Both the position numbers and the translations under genes were made by a program. 64,000 bases of DNA from Gammaproteobacteria bacterium (GTDB lineage Bacteria > Pseudomonadota > Gammaproteobacteria > Nevskiales > Nevskiaceae), in contig JAHZLQ010000025.1 of NCBI GenBank assembly GCA_022599775.1, positions 4,219 through 68,218 on the forward strand, in the 5' to 3' direction. The notes below the pieces were generated by a model. The model made no database searches. It saw only the letters and a list, made by a program, of their open reading frames with translations, and was not told the DNA's origin. The stretch's first letter is position 1. Each line of letters opens with the position of its first letter. Shown in pieces: positions 49,839 through 60,427 of this stretch.

Positions 49839-50281
49839 AACCGGTCGCCCGCATCTGCGTGTGGTTACTACCGATGCTGATGTCTACGTCCCTGTCTCTT
49901 GCGGCCGGCGTTTACAAGTGGACGGACGCGAACGGCGTCGTGCACTACGCGGATCGTGCGCCGGGCCCAGCCCTGCGCCTTGATCGTCACTACATCGAAT
50001 CGCGCCAGATCGCGCCCCGATCGCTGTCGGTCGTGCCACGCGAGTTTGCGGAGAAAGTCAGGGCGGAGTGTCGTCTACGTCAGGAGCGGGTCGCGGCCTA
50101 CCGAAGCGCGACACAGGTTTCTGGGCGCGACCCGAGCGGCCGGCCGGCCCCGATGGCGCCCGAGGAGCGCCAGGCTTTGATCCAGGAGGCCGCCGAGGCG
50201 GCGCGGCGTTACTGCGCCGAGGACGCCGCGGAAGTGCTTTGGACCGCGCCGGAGCCGCCGGGCTTCATGGTCGCGCCATAA
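49835..50281 (+). CDS. DUF4124 domain protein (secreted)
   Basis: ATGA overlap with the upstream gene; signal peptide followed by VYKWTDANGVVHYADRAP. Confidence 0.7.
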   Translation: MKPVARICVWLLPMLMSTSLSLAAGVYKWTDANGVVHYADRAPGPALRLDRHYIESRQIAPRSLSVVPREFAEKVRAECRLRQERVAAYRSATQVSGRDPSGRPAPMAPEERQALIQEAAEAARRYCAEDAAEVLWTAPEPPGFMVAP

Positions 50282-50313
50282 GCCGGTGATACCGGCTTGC
50301 TGCCGGTGCGGTG

Positions 50314-51171
50314 CTACAGGGCCTTGAGCGCCTGTTCGACGAACGGCGGCAAGGCGAAGGCGCCACGGTGAATCGCTGCCGAGTAGTAGCGGCACTTCAG
50401 TGCTGCAATCGCGGCTTCGTCGAGACGCTGCGCCAGGGGCGCGCCGGACTTGCAGGCCAGTGAGGCGCTCCACCAGCCGCTCGGGTAGATCGTCTGCGGG
50501 AAGTGCAGCAGCTGTGTCTGCGCAAAGCCGCTGTCACGCATGGCGCGATGCATCGCCGTGATCAGTTCGAGATGCAGCAGCGGTGATTCCGATTGATGCA
50601 CCAGAATGCCGTCAGGCCTGAGCGCCTTGATGCAGTCGGCGTAGAAGCGCTTGCCGAACAGGCCTTCGGCCGGCCCGATCGGGTCGGTGGAATCGATGAT
50701 CAGTACGTCGATCGATTCCGCCGGGGCGTCCTTCATCCATTGAATGCCATCGCCGAAGTAAAGTTCGGCCCGAGGGTCCTCATTGGATTCGCACAGTTCC
50801 GGGAAGTACTGTTCGGACAGACGGGTGACGCGTTCATCGATCTCCACCTGCACCGCCGATTCGACCTCGGGATGCTTGAGCACCTCACGCAAAGTGCCGC
50901 AGTCGCCGCCGCCGACGATGACCACGCGCTTGGGCGCCGGATGGCTGTTCAGCGCCGGGTGCGACATCATCTCGTGGTAGAGAAAATTGTCGCGAGTGCT
51001 CACCATGGTGCAGCCGTCGATCGTCATCAGGTAACCGAAGGTTTCGGTACGGTAGATGTCGATCGTCTGATAGGGCGTGGTCTCGCTGTGTACGGCCTGG
51101 CCGAGCTTCAGCGAAAACGCGAGTCCGGTGTTGTCGTCCGACTCGGTGAACCAGGATTGATCTAGGGACAT
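50314..51171 (-). CDS. speE: spermidine synthase
   Basis: Internal ATG at 51171; YQTIDIYRTETFGYLMTIDG, VVIVGGGDCGTLREV and IIDSTDPIGP. Confidence 0.9.
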   Translation of the reverse strand: MSLDQSWFTESDDNTGLAFSLKLGQAVHSETTPYQTIDIYRTETFGYLMTIDGCTMVSTRDNFLYHEMMSHPALNSHPAPKRVVIVGGGDCGTLREVLKHPEVESAVQVEIDERVTRLSEQYFPELCESNEDPRAELYFGDGIQWMKDAPAESIDVLIIDSTDPIGPAEGLFGKRFYADCIKALRPDGILVHQSESPLLHLELITAMHRAMRDSGFAQTQLLHFPQTIYPSGWWSASLACKSGAPLAQRLDEAAIAALKCRYYSAAIHRGAFALPPFVEQALKAL

Positions 51172-51254
51172 CGGCAGTTTCCAGGGCGCGGCTTTTCGAG
51201 CGCGCGAGTATAGGGGCAGCGCATGTTCACCAATATGAAGGACGCAATTCAAGC

Positions 51255-53129
51255 ATGAGCGACTGGGCCGCGAGCGACGCGCGAGCGCAATACAACATCC
51301 CGTTCTGGGGCGAGGGCTACTTCGACGTGAATGCAGCCGGGCACGTGGTGGTGCGGCCGCATCGCGACAACGGCGCCGAGGTCGATCTGTACGAACTGGC
51401 CCGCCGGCTGCCGCAGGAAGGCCTGGACCTGCCGGTATTGGTGCGCTTCAAGGACATCCTGCACGACCGCGTCGACGCCTTGGCGGACGCGTTTTCGGGT
51501 GTCATCGGGGAACTGGGTTACGGCGGGCGCTACACCGCCGTCTATCCGATCAAGGTCAATCAGCAGGCCGACGTGGTCAAGGCCATCGTGGCGCACGGCG
51601 GGGCCCGCGTCGGCCTGGAAGCCGGCAGCAAGCCGGAACTGGCCGCCGTGCTGGGGCTGGCCCCGGCCGATAGCGTCATCGTGTGCAATGGCTACAAGGA
51701 CCGCTCATACATTCGGCGGGCACTGATCGGCACCAAGCTGGGTCACCGCGTCTACATCGTCGTCGAGAAACTGTCGGAACTGCCGATCGTGCTCGCCGAA
51801 TCCAAGGCGCTGGGAGTCTCACCGCTGCTGGGTCTGCGCGTGCGCCTGTCCTCGAAGTTCGCCAGCACCCAGCAGAACACCGGCGGCGAGAAGTCGAAGT
51901 TCGGCTTGACGCCGCCGCAGATACTGGCGGCGGTCAACATGCTGCGCGAGGCCGGACAGCTGGATACCGTGCGCATGGTCCACTTCCACCTTGGTTCTCA
52001 GGTCGCCAACGTGCAGGACATCGCGCGCGGCTTGCAGGAAGCGGCCCGCTTTTACGTGGAGCTGCGACAGCTCGGCGCGCCCGTTGACACGGTGGACGTG
52101 GGTGGCGGGCTGGGTGTGGACTACGAAGGTACCCGCTCGCGCAGCCTGTGTTCGATGAACTATTCGCTGCGCGAGTACGCGCGCAACATCCTGCGCGCCT
52201 TGCAGGAAATCTGCGCCAGCACCGGCGAGCCGGAGCCGAATGTGATCTCCGAATCCGGCCGCGCGCTGACGGCGCATCACGCGGTATTGATCAGTTCCAT
52301 CATCGATCAGGAAACGGTGCCGGATCACGACTTGCCGGCGCTGCCGGCCGACGCCCCGGCGATCCTGCGGGATTTCTTCGCGCTGTTCGACGAAATCGAC
52401 TCACAGGGGCCGATCGAGTCGCTGCACGATGCCGCGCATTTCCTGGGCGAGGCGCAGGGCCAGTACGCGCATGGGCGTCTCAATCTCGAACAGCGCGCCT
52501 ATGCCGAACGGGCCTACTACGCGGTGGCGCGCGCGGCGATCCCGCGGCTGGATGCCTCGATCCGCGCCCATCGTGAAACGATCGACGAGCTTCAGCTCAA
52601 ATTGTCCGCCAAGTACTTCTGCAATTTCTCGCTGTTCCAGTCGCTGCCGGACGCCTGGGCGATCGAACAGGTCTTTCCGATCCTGCCGCTGCACCGTTTG
52701 GATGAAGTCCCGGCCGTGCGTGCGCGCCTGTGCGACCTCACCTGCGATTCGGACGGACAACTCGAACACTACGTCGATCGGGAAGGCGTGATGCCGACCC
52801 TGGCGATGCACAAGCTGCGCGAAGGCGAGCCCTACCTGGTCGGCTTTTTCATGGTAGGCGCCTATCAGGAAATTCTGGGCGATATGCACAACCTGTTCGG
52901 TGATACCAATGCCGTCAATGTGGTGTTGACCGACGACAGTTGGCGGCTGGAAGACGCCGAGTACGGCGATCGCACCGACGAACTGCTGCGCTATGTGCAT
53001 CTGGCGCCGGAGGAGTTGGCGCAGAGTTACCGCCACAAGTTCGAGAACCTGGATATATCCGCCGAGGAAAAGACCGAACTGCTGGCGGAACTCGACGCAG
53101 GCCTCAGCGGCTACACCTATCTGAGCTGA
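51255..53129 (+). CDS. speA: biosynthetic arginine decarboxylase
   Basis: 624 aa; YNIPFWGEGYFDVN start region, PLP-site YPIKVNQ, CDSDG. Confidence 0.95.
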   Translation: MSDWAASDARAQYNIPFWGEGYFDVNAAGHVVVRPHRDNGAEVDLYELARRLPQEGLDLPVLVRFKDILHDRVDALADAFSGVIGELGYGGRYTAVYPIKVNQQADVVKAIVAHGGARVGLEAGSKPELAAVLGLAPADSVIVCNGYKDRSYIRRALIGTKLGHRVYIVVEKLSELPIVLAESKALGVSPLLGLRVRLSSKFASTQQNTGGEKSKFGLTPPQILAAVNMLREAGQLDTVRMVHFHLGSQVANVQDIARGLQEAARFYVELRQLGAPVDTVDVGGGLGVDYEGTRSRSLCSMNYSLREYARNILRALQEICASTGEPEPNVISESGRALTAHHAVLISSIIDQETVPDHDLPALPADAPAILRDFFALFDEIDSQGPIESLHDAAHFLGEAQGQYAHGRLNLEQRAYAERAYYAVARAAIPRLDASIRAHRETIDELQLKLSAKYFCNFSLFQSLPDAWAIEQVFPILPLHRLDEVPAVRARLCDLTCDSDGQLEHYVDREGVMPTLAMHKLREGEPYLVGFFMVGAYQEILGDMHNLFGDTNAVNVVLTDDSWRLEDAEYGDRTDELLRYVHLAPEELAQSYRHKFENLDISAEEKTELLAELDAGLSGYTYLS

Positions 53130-53146
53130 GAGCGCCGGGTCGAATC

Positions 53147-54442
53147 GTGTCGACGCCCGCCAACGAAATCTATGGATTGCTCAGTGGTGACGATGATGTG
53201 CGCCTGTGCAAGGACATTCCGGAGTCCGCCTGCCGTCATCTGCCACGCAACTTTCTGATCCATCTGGTCGCGCTGGCCGCGACCAAGACCGGTGATCTGC
53301 TGGCCTCGCCGAAGCTGGTCTTGCCGTGGCTGTTGCACGCCGCCGGTGTGCCGGCCGCTTTCAGTGCCTGGCTGGTGCCGATTCGCGAGTCCGGTTCGAT
53401 GGCGCCGCAGATGCTGGTGGCGCATTGGATCCGCAAGGCACCGCGTCGCAAGAACTACTGGGTGTTCGGCAGTCTGGTTCAGGCGCTGGCGCTGCTCGGA
53501 ATCTGGGCGGCGGTGGCGGGCCTGCCGCCGCTCGCGGCCGGTTTCTCCTGCCTGGGATTGATGCTGGTGTTCAGTCTTGCGCGCGGCCTGTGTTCGGTGG
53601 CGGTCAAGGATGTGATGGGCAAGACCGTGTCGCGTCAGCGGCGCGGCCGGGTCTCGGGCGATGCCGCGAGTCTGGCCGGACTGACGGCCTGTGGTCTCGC
53701 TTTCGCGCTGATTCTGGGCATGATCGATCAGGCTGCCGCTGGCCTGCTGCTGTTGGCCGCGGCAGCCTTGTGGCTGCTCGGTGCGCTGCTCTACATGGGC
53801 GTGGTCGAGAGCCCGGGTGCTACCGAAGGCGGGGCTTCGGCCTGGCAGCACGCCTGGGCCGCGATGGGGCGTTTGCGTCGCGACGAGGTGCTGCGCCGTT
53901 TCGTGCTGACCCGTGCGCTGCTGCTGGGAACCGCCCTGTCGGCACCGTTCTATGTGGCGCTGGCGGCTGAGGCCGGTGGCGCCGTGTCCGGTTTCGGCGG
54001 GCTGCTGTTGGCACAGGGCGCCGCCGATTTTCTGTCGGGACCGGTCTGGGGTCGCATGGCCGATCGTTCGAGTCGCCGCGTGATGTTGTTGTGTGCGGCC
54101 CTGGCCACGGCCTTGGGTCTTGTCGTCGTGATCTGCGCGTCCGCACAGGTCCAGGGGCTCGTGGGCATGCTGGTTTATGCCTTGGCTTATGGCCTGCTCA
54201 GCGTGATTCATGCCGGCGTACGCCTGGCTCGCAAGACCTATGTGATCGACGCCGCCGGCGCGGATGATCGAGCCGACTATGTTGCCGTTTCCAACACGGC
54301 CACCGGGCTGCTGTTGCTCCTGGGGGGCGCGCTAGGGTCGGCGGCCGCCATATTGGGACCGCAGTACGCCGTTCTGATGTTCGCGTTGGGGACCGCGGCG
54401 GCCATGATCGTGGGCCGCCGCCTGCCGGAAGTCGAAGACTGA
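53147..54442 (+). CDS. MFS-type transporter
   Basis: GTG start at 53147; about 12 hydrophobic segments; sits next to speA as I recall it does in Pseudomonas. Confidence 0.7.
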   Translation: MSTPANEIYGLLSGDDDVRLCKDIPESACRHLPRNFLIHLVALAATKTGDLLASPKLVLPWLLHAAGVPAAFSAWLVPIRESGSMAPQMLVAHWIRKAPRRKNYWVFGSLVQALALLGIWAAVAGLPPLAAGFSCLGLMLVFSLARGLCSVAVKDVMGKTVSRQRRGRVSGDAASLAGLTACGLAFALILGMIDQAAAGLLLLAAAALWLLGALLYMGVVESPGATEGGASAWQHAWAAMGRLRRDEVLRRFVLTRALLLGTALSAPFYVALAAEAGGAVSGFGGLLLAQGAADFLSGPVWGRMADRSSRRVMLLCAALATALGLVVVICASAQVQGLVGMLVYALAYGLLSVIHAGVRLARKTYVIDAAGADDRADYVAVSNTATGLLLLLGGALGSAAAILGPQYAVLMFALGTAAAMIVGRRLPEVED

Positions 54443-54456
54443 ATGCCGTGCGCCCA

Positions 54457-55209
54457 TTAGGCGTCGCGCTTGACTGCCAGCGGGCCGAAGGCCTGGCTGA
54501 CCGGCATCAGGGAAACGGTGTTGATGTTGAGGTGTGCGGGACGCGTCGCGATCCAATGCACGGTTTCGGCGATGTCCTCGGCCGTCATCGCCTGCGTATT
54601 GCTGTAGACCTTGGCGGCCCGCTCATCGTCGCCGTGAAACCGCACATTCGAAAATTCGGTGCCGCCGGCCAGGCCCGGCTCGACGTTGCTGATCCGCACC
54701 GGCGTACCCAGCAGGTCGGCACGCAGATTCAGCGAGAACTGGCGCACGAAGGCCTTGGTACCGCCGTAGACATTGCCGCCCGGATACGGCCATTCACCAG
54801 CGGTGGAGCCGATGTTCACGATATGCCCACGTCCGCGTTCCACCATGCCTGGAAGCAGGCTGCGCGTGAGATACAGCACGCCCTTGATGTTGGTGTCGAC
54901 CATCTGTTCCCAGTCGTCGAGCGAGGCCTGTGGCGCCGGCTCCAGCCCCAGCGCCAAGCCGGCGTTGTTGACCAGCAGATCGATCTCGCGAAATTCTTCC
55001 GGCAGCGTGGCGATGGCCGACTCCACGGCGGTACGGTCACGCACATCAAGCGCCAGCGGCAGGGCCGTCGATGGCCCGATCTCGTCTGCCAGTGATTGAA
55101 GGCGCTCCATGCGCCGTCCGGTGATGATGAGACGGTGTCCGTCAGTGGCGAAGCGGCGCGCGATGGCGGCGCCGAATCCGGCGCTCGCGCCGGTTACGAA
55201 AACGATCAT
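54457..55209 (-). CDS. ydfG: NADP-dependent 3-hydroxy acid dehydrogenase (SDR)
   Basis: MIVFVTGASAGFG...; near-colinear similarity to E. coli YdfG as recalled (NNAGLALG, YGGTKAFVRQFSLNLR, PVSQ tail). Confidence 0.85.
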   Translation of the reverse strand: MIVFVTGASAGFGAAIARRFATDGHRLIITGRRMERLQSLADEIGPSTALPLALDVRDRTAVESAIATLPEEFREIDLLVNNAGLALGLEPAPQASLDDWEQMVDTNIKGVLYLTRSLLPGMVERGRGHIVNIGSTAGEWPYPGGNVYGGTKAFVRQFSLNLRADLLGTPVRISNVEPGLAGGTEFSNVRFHGDDERAAKVYSNTQAMTAEDIAETVHWIATRPAHLNINTVSLMPVSQAFGPLAVKRDA

Positions 55210-55270
55210 GCAACTGTCCTGTCGATGGGCGGGGTACACATCCTGGGGCGGGACCGGACTGGCCGGCAAC

Positions 55271-55945
55271 TCAGCGGGTCGCGGCCGAGGGTGAGCGCAA
55301 GGAAATGATCGGCCAGCCGCGCGCGGCTGCGATGTCTCGCAGCACCGGGTCGGGGTCCACGGCAATCTGCACGTCAGCCATCTCCAGCAGTGGCACGTCG
55401 TTGCGGGAATCGCTGTAGGCGGTCATGTGTGTGACCGGGGCGGCGGCGGCCTTGATCCATTGGCGCAGCCTGATGCACTTGCCACCCTGAAAATTCGGCG
55501 TGCCGGCGATGCGACCGGTGTAGACCCCGTCGATGACCTCCGGGTCGGTCGCGATCAGGTGCTCAACGCCCAGCAGTTCGGCGATCGGCTCGGTGATGAA
55601 GCGGCTGGTTGCGGTGGTGATCAGCAGGGTGTCGCCATCGGCTCGATGACGTTCGAGCAAGGCGTAGGCCTGTTCGCTGACGATCGGCGCGATCTTGTCC
55701 TGAACAAAGCGTGGTCGCAGCGCAGCCAGGCTGGGCGCGCCGAGCTCGACCAGCGGACGCAGCGAAAATGCCGCGAACTCCGCAATGTCCAGTTCCCCTG
55801 CGAGATACTGCTCGTAAAAGCGGCGGTTGGCGTGTGCATACTGATCGGCGTCGACATAGCCGCCGTCGGCCAGGAACTGACCCCAGAGGTAGTCGCTGTC
55901 TCCGGACAGCAGGGTATTGTCGAGATCGAAAACGGCCAGTCGCAT
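55271..55945 (-). CDS. HAD-IB family hydrolase (phosphoserine phosphatase-like)
   Basis: FDLDNTLL motif I; TATSRF; SDSRND motif; divergent from rppH. Confidence 0.8.
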   Translation of the reverse strand: MRLAVFDLDNTLLSGDSDYLWGQFLADGGYVDADQYAHANRRFYEQYLAGELDIAEFAAFSLRPLVELGAPSLAALRPRFVQDKIAPIVSEQAYALLERHRADGDTLLITTATSRFITEPIAELLGVEHLIATDPEVIDGVYTGRIAGTPNFQGGKCIRLRQWIKAAAAPVTHMTAYSDSRNDVPLLEMADVQIAVDPDPVLRDIAAARGWPIISLRSPSAATR

Positions 55946-56056
55946 CAAGCAGGCTCCGGAAAACAAGCGCTTTTGGGGGCACCGCGTCGCCGCCGCCGAT
56001 TGGCGCAGCTGTGGTGCTATGAAACAATAGGATACCGACCAAACGAGGGCAGGATC

Positions 56057-56578
56057 GTGGTCGACGCCGAGGGCTTTCGCCCGAACGTCGGGATCATTCT
56101 GAGTAACGAGCAGGGCCGCGTGCTGTGGGCCAAACGAATCGGACAGAATGCCTGGCAGTTTCCACAGGGCGGACTCAGTCCCGGCGAATCAGCCGAACAG
56201 GCGCTGTATCGCGAATTGAGGGAGGAATTGGGCCTCGACCCCGAGCACGTCGTCATTCTGGGACGTACCGAGGACTGGCTGCGTTACCGTCTACCCAAAC
56301 GCTATATCCGGCGCGGCCGCGTTCCGATGTGCATCGGCCAGAAGCAGATCTGGTTTCTGTTGCGCCTGAAAGCAGACGAATCGGCGATTCGCTTCGATCG
56401 CTGCGAACGTCCGGAATTCGACGGCTTTCGCTGGGTCGATTTCTGGTATCCCCTGCGCGATGTCGTGTCCTTCAAGCGCGATGTCTATCGCGCTGCAATG
56501 CGTGAGCTGGCGCCCTTGATTGGCGTGCAGCCGCGGCGTCGGCGCTATCCGCCCTATGGCGTGAGTGCCAGGGGCTGA
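56057..56578 (+). CDS. rppH: RNA pyrophosphohydrolase (Nudix)
   Basis: GTG start; [13 protein letters not shown]; Nudix box [23 protein letters not shown]. Confidence 0.85.
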   Translation: MVDAEGFRPNVGIILSNEQGRVLWAKRIGQNAWQFPQGGLSPGESAEQALYRELREELGLDPEHVVILGRTEDWLRYRLPKRYIRRGRVPMCIGQKQIWFLLRLKADESAIRFDRCERPEFDGFRWVDFWYPLRDVVSFKRDVYRAAMRELAPLIGVQPRRRRYPPYGVSARG

Positions 56579-56715
56579 TCCCGCGATTCGCCATCGAACG
56601 GCGAAGGACGATAGTTAAAATCACTCGCAGACATTATTGACACTGATTCGCATTTGTACTGTAATCGGAATCACTCTCGTTCATGTTTTTCCGAGCCCTT
56701 CCGAGCCTGATTTCT

Positions 56716-56928
56716 ATGTATGTCTGCATTTGCAAGGCTGTCAGCGAGTCCCGCATTCGTCGCGCAGTGGGCGAGGGCGCCTGCACGCTGCGTGACCTGA
56801 CGCGCGAACTCGGCCTGGGAACCTGTTGTGGCAAGTGTGTACCCGCTGCGCGTGAGGTCTTGTCCTCGGCCCTTCCGGAGGTTTCGGCGCCGTTGATGCA
56901 AGCCGCCGCGCGGACGCGGTCGGTGTGA
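56716..56928 (+). CDS. bfd: bacterioferritin-associated ferredoxin
   Basis: MYVCICKAV...GTCCGKC gives the four Cys of the Bfd 2Fe-2S site; lies upstream of bfr. Confidence 0.9.
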   Translation: MYVCICKAVSESRIRRAVGEGACTLRDLTRELGLGTCCGKCVPAAREVLSSALPEVSAPLMQAAARTRSV

Positions 56929-57057
56929 ACGAGAATCCCAAGCATAATCGTTAAAAATTATAAATAAAAACAGCGGCTTAGGGTCCATTTAGGGGTTCCC
57001 AGTGGCGATGTCCGCGCGTAGACTGCGCACGATCCTCAAGACTTACAGGAGTGTGCA

Positions 57058-57537
57058 ATGCAGGGCGACGCCAAAGTGCTGGAATATCTCAATCTGGCGC
57101 TGAAAAACGAACTCACGGCGATCAACCAGTATTTCCTGCATGCGCGCATGCTGGAGAACTGGGGTTTTCATCGGCTCGGCAAGAAAGAGTACGAAGAGTC
57201 GATCGACGAGATGAAGCACGCTGACAAACTGGTCAAGCGTATTTTGTTTCTCGAAGGCCTTCCCAATCTGCAGGACCTAGGACGTTTGTTCATCGGTGAA
57301 GACGTACCCGAGCTGCTGCGCGCGGACCTCAAGCGCGAGCAGGAAGCGCACCCGATGTACAAGGAAGCGATCGCCTATTGCGAACAGGTCCGCGACTACG
57401 TGACGCGCGAGCTGCTGGTCGAGATTCAGGAGAGCGAGGAAGAGCACATCGACTTCCTGGAAGAGCAGCTCGGCCTGATCGACAAGGTCGGCCTGCAGAA
57501 CTATCAACAGTCCCAGATGTACGGCGACGAATCCTGA
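57058..57537 (+). CDS. bfr: bacterioferritin
   Basis: 159 aa; [12 protein letters not shown]...[14 protein letters not shown] and EEEHIDFLE. Confidence 0.95.
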   Translation: MQGDAKVLEYLNLALKNELTAINQYFLHARMLENWGFHRLGKKEYEESIDEMKHADKLVKRILFLEGLPNLQDLGRLFIGEDVPELLRADLKREQEAHPMYKEAIAYCEQVRDYVTRELLVEIQESEEEHIDFLEEQLGLIDKVGLQNYQQSQMYGDES

Positions 57538-57549
57538 AGTCCGCATACC

Positions 57550-57576
57550 GCGGTCGCGCCGCAAGGGCGCGACCGC
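57550..57576. terminator. 11-bp GC hairpin between the convergent bfr and hemJ genes (no T-tract)
   Basis: GCGGTCGCGCC-GCAAG-GGCGCGACCGC. Confidence 0.45.
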
Positions 57577-57582
57577 TCGGAT

Positions 57583-57999
57583 TCAGAATGGTTTGACCAC
57601 TGCGAGGATCACGATCGCGATCAGGAACACGGCCGGAACTTCGTTGATGATGCGGAAGTAACGCTCGCTCTTGGTGTTGGTGCCCGCGGCCAGCCGTCGT
57701 ATGTGCGATTTGAGCCAGCCGGTATAGCCCGACAGCAACAGTGCCAGCGCGATCTTGGCGTGCAGCCAGCCCATCTGCAGGTAGCCGGATGTGGTCACGA
57801 TCATGGCGATCGCAAACACCCAGGTGCCGAGCATGCCGATCGTCATGATCGCGTACAGCTTGCGCTCCATCGTGCTGAAGCGCTGCTTGCCCGCATCGTC
57901 GCTGACGCCGACGTGGTAGACGAACAGGCGCGGCAGATAGAACAGGCCTGCAAACCAGGTGACCATGAAGATGATGTGGAAGGCCTTGAGCCAGAGCAT
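57583..57999 (-). CDS. hemJ: protoporphyrinogen IX oxidase HemJ
   Basis: 138 aa; MLWLKAFHIIFMVTWFAGLFYLPRLFVYH is the HemJ/UPF0093 signature. Confidence 0.9.
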   Translation of the reverse strand: MLWLKAFHIIFMVTWFAGLFYLPRLFVYHVGVSDDAGKQRFSTMERKLYAIMTIGMLGTWVFAIAMIVTTSGYLQMGWLHAKIALALLLSGYTGWLKSHIRRLAAGTNTKSERYFRIINEVPAVFLIAIVILAVVKPF

Positions 58000-58113
58000 C
58001 GCTTGGGTTTCCCGTGATCGTATGAATGCGCAGCGCCGAAGTTTATGCCAGGCCTGTCTCGCCGGGGTGCATTGCCGCTAATATCGCGCGCTCAGTTGTC
58101 AGAGCGTCCTCGC

Positions 58114-59145
58114 ATGATCAAGGTCGGAATCGTCGGCGGCACGGGATATACCGGAGCCGAGCTTCTGCGTCTGCTGGCGCGGCATCCGTACGCGCGCGTC
58201 GAGCATCTGACCTCGCGCAAGGAGGCCGGCAAACCGGTGACCGAGATGTTCCCGCAGTTGCGCGGATTTTTCGACGGACTGGAATTCACGGCGCCGGACA
58301 TCGCTGCGCTGGCGGGTTGCGATGCGGTGTTCTTCGCCACGCCGCATACCACGGCGATGCAAATGGCTCCGGAACTGGTGTCGCGCGGCGTACGCGTTGT
58401 CGACCTGTCGGCCGATTTTCGCCTGCGTGACGCCGCGGTCTACAAGCAGTGGTATGGGCATGCGCATGCCTGTCCCGATTTGCTGGAAGCCGCGGTTTAT
58501 GGATTGCCCGAGATCAAACGCGAGCACATTCGTCGCGCGAGCGTCGTCGGCAACCCCGGCTGCTACCCGACCGCCGTCCAGCTCGGTTTCCTGCCGCTGC
58601 TGGAGGCACGGGCTGTCGACGCGGCAAGCCTGATCGCGGACTGCAAGTCCGGTGTCAGCGGCGCCGGGCGTGAACTCAAGCTGGGTTCGCTGTTCGCAGA
58701 GGCGACGGATTCCTTCAAGGCCTATGGCGTGGCCGGCCATCGGCATCTGCCGGAAATCGAGCAAGGGTTGGTCGGTATTGCTGGGCCGGCGGTTTCCCTG
58801 ACATTCACGCCGCATCTGGTCCCCATGGTGCGCGGCATCCATGCAACGCTCTATGCCAGGGTCAAGGGTGATCTCGACTACCAGGCCTTGTTCGAGGCGC
58901 GGTATCGCGATGAGCCGTTTGTCGATGTGATGCCGGCGGGGGCGGCGCCGGATACGCGTTCGGTACGCGCCTCGAATACCTGCCGAATCGCGGTTCATCG
59001 CCCCATGGGGCGGGACACCGTCGTGGTTCTGGCGGTGATCGACAATCTTGTCAAAGGCGCGGCTGGACAAGCCGTGCAGAACTTCAACCTGATGTTCGGT
59101 TTCGATGAAGTCACTGCGCTGGACCAGCCGCCTGTCTGGCCATGA
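58114..59145 (+). CDS. argC: N-acetyl-gamma-glutamyl-phosphate reductase
   Basis: [21 protein letters not shown]; active-site GNPGCYPT. Confidence 0.95.
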   Translation: MIKVGIVGGTGYTGAELLRLLARHPYARVEHLTSRKEAGKPVTEMFPQLRGFFDGLEFTAPDIAALAGCDAVFFATPHTTAMQMAPELVSRGVRVVDLSADFRLRDAAVYKQWYGHAHACPDLLEAAVYGLPEIKREHIRRASVVGNPGCYPTAVQLGFLPLLEARAVDAASLIADCKSGVSGAGRELKLGSLFAEATDSFKAYGVAGHRHLPEIEQGLVGIAGPAVSLTFTPHLVPMVRGIHATLYARVKGDLDYQALFEARYRDEPFVDVMPAGAAPDTRSVRASNTCRIAVHRPMGRDTVVVLAVIDNLVKGAAGQAVQNFNLMFGFDEVTALDQPPVWP

Positions 59146-59882
59146 ACCCGAAGATCATCATCAAGCGCGACCGGCCCTGGTTTCGTCCGATTCTGATTGT
59201 TCTCATCACCGCCGCCGTGGCAATTGCGGCTTGGGCGCTCTACAGCTATACGCGGGCGACAACGGTTTCCGATTTCGAGGAAACCCGCGTGGAAAGCCAA
59301 AAGCTTTCTCTGGAGCGGCGTGAGCTGATGCGTGAACTGCGTGACGCGCGCACACAGGCGCAGGAACTGCGTGAGCAGGTGGTGTTTCTGGAGCGCTCGC
59401 AGGAAATCGACAAGCAGGCCTGTCAGAGTGTGCGGGGCTCCCTCGTCAAGCTGCAATCCGAGGTCTCCGACCTGCAGGAACAGGTCGCCTTCTACCGGGG
59501 CATCGTTTCGCCCGGCGAGGCCCGCACCGGTGTACGCGTTTACGATTTCAAGGTACATCCGACCGAAACCAGGGGGCGCCTGCGCTATGAACTGGTGTTG
59601 ATCCAGTCGGTGCGGCATGACCGGCGTATCACCGGGCGGGTCGAGATCGCGATCCAGGGCGCCCGGGAGAGTCGAACGCAAACCTTGTCGCTCGGCGATC
59701 TGACGGCTGGTTCCGAGCGAAATCTGTTATTTTCATTCAAGTACTTTCAGGAGTTCAGCGGAGAGTTTGAGCTTCCGGAAGGGTTCAACCCGTTGCGCGT
59801 GACCATTGCGGTGGTGCCCGAAGGTTCGGGTCAGACGCGCGTTGAGGACGTTTATGACTGGAGCAAGATCCAGGGGGTCTGA
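59142..59882 (+). CDS. membrane-anchored coiled-coil protein of unknown function (DUF6776-like)
   Basis: ATGA overlap with argC; one N-terminal TM helix, a heptad-rich segment, then a beta-rich C-terminus. Confidence 0.6.
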   Translation: MNPKIIIKRDRPWFRPILIVLITAAVAIAAWALYSYTRATTVSDFEETRVESQKLSLERRELMRELRDARTQAQELREQVVFLERSQEIDKQACQSVRGSLVKLQSEVSDLQEQVAFYRGIVSPGEARTGVRVYDFKVHPTETRGRLRYELVLIQSVRHDRRITGRVEIAIQGARESRTQTLSLGDLTAGSERNLLFSFKYFQEFSGEFELPEGFNPLRVTIAVVPEGSGQTRVEDVYDWSKIQGV

Positions 59883-59883
59883 A

Positions 59884-60369
59884 GTGTTCAAAGCAAGCAA
59901 GGAAGGCGTGCCGCGCCCGGCCACCAATGCCGTCGATACCTTGATCGGCCGGCAGACCGAGGTTCAAGGCGATGTCCGCTTTACCGGCGGGCTGCATGTC
60001 GACGGACGAATCAAGGGCAAGGTGATCGCCGCTTCCGACAAGTCCGCGGTACTGTCGATCAGCGAATCCGGCGCGGTTGAAGGTGATGTGCGGGTTCCGA
60101 ACGTCGTGCTCAATGGCAGCATTACCGGTGACGTACACGCCTCCGAGCGGCTGTCCCTGAACAACAAGGCACGCATTTCCGGCAACGTGTATTACAAGGT
60201 GATCGAGATGGCCAGCGGCGCGACCGTCAACGGCCAGATGATTCACGAAGGTGAGGCGTCCTTGCAGTCGGTGACGCACGAGGCCAAGGGTATACACGAG
60301 ATCGTCGATCCGGCCGCCAATACGGGTGACGCAGAGCGCGACGGTCAGGCTAGCCCGACGTCCGGTTAG
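59884..60369 (+). CDS. bactofilin (polymer-forming cytoskeletal protein)
   Basis: GTG at 59884; repetitive beta-helix pattern (G.V.F.G.L.VDG.I.G, V.G.I.G.V...E.L). Confidence 0.8.
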   Translation: MFKASKEGVPRPATNAVDTLIGRQTEVQGDVRFTGGLHVDGRIKGKVIAASDKSAVLSISESGAVEGDVRVPNVVLNGSITGDVHASERLSLNNKARISGNVYYKVIEMASGATVNGQMIHEGEASLQSVTHEAKGIHEIVDPAANTGDAERDGQASPTSG

Positions 60370-60427
60370 TCACACTGGATGCTCGACGGGATTCTACTGC
60401 CTGGTTTTGGAGAGTAGACTTACCGCT

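Noticed and set aside
53117-54211. 364-aa ORF on the minus strand
   Set aside because: Antisense to the MFS transporter gene. Gln/Arg/His-rich low-complexity sequence.
55427-56578. 383-aa plus-strand ORF
   Set aside because: Only the last 173 codons (from the GTG at 56057) match RppH. The upstream part is antisense to the HAD hydrolase gene.
56579-57057. Possible Fur boxes upstream of bfd (ATTATTGACACTGATTCGCATT, about 56634-56655) and between bfd and bfr (CATAATCGTTAAAAATTAT, about 56942-56960)
   Set aside because: By hand alignment only about half of the 19 positions match GATAATGATAATCATTATC. The regions are AT-rich, so this is not convincing without a scoring matrix.
57583-57589. TCAGAAT copy at the hemJ stop codon as part of the putative catabolic motif
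   Set aside because: It lies in a core region at a gene end and is plausibly a chance occurrence. It is recorded as a caution that the 7-mer alone is weak evidence.
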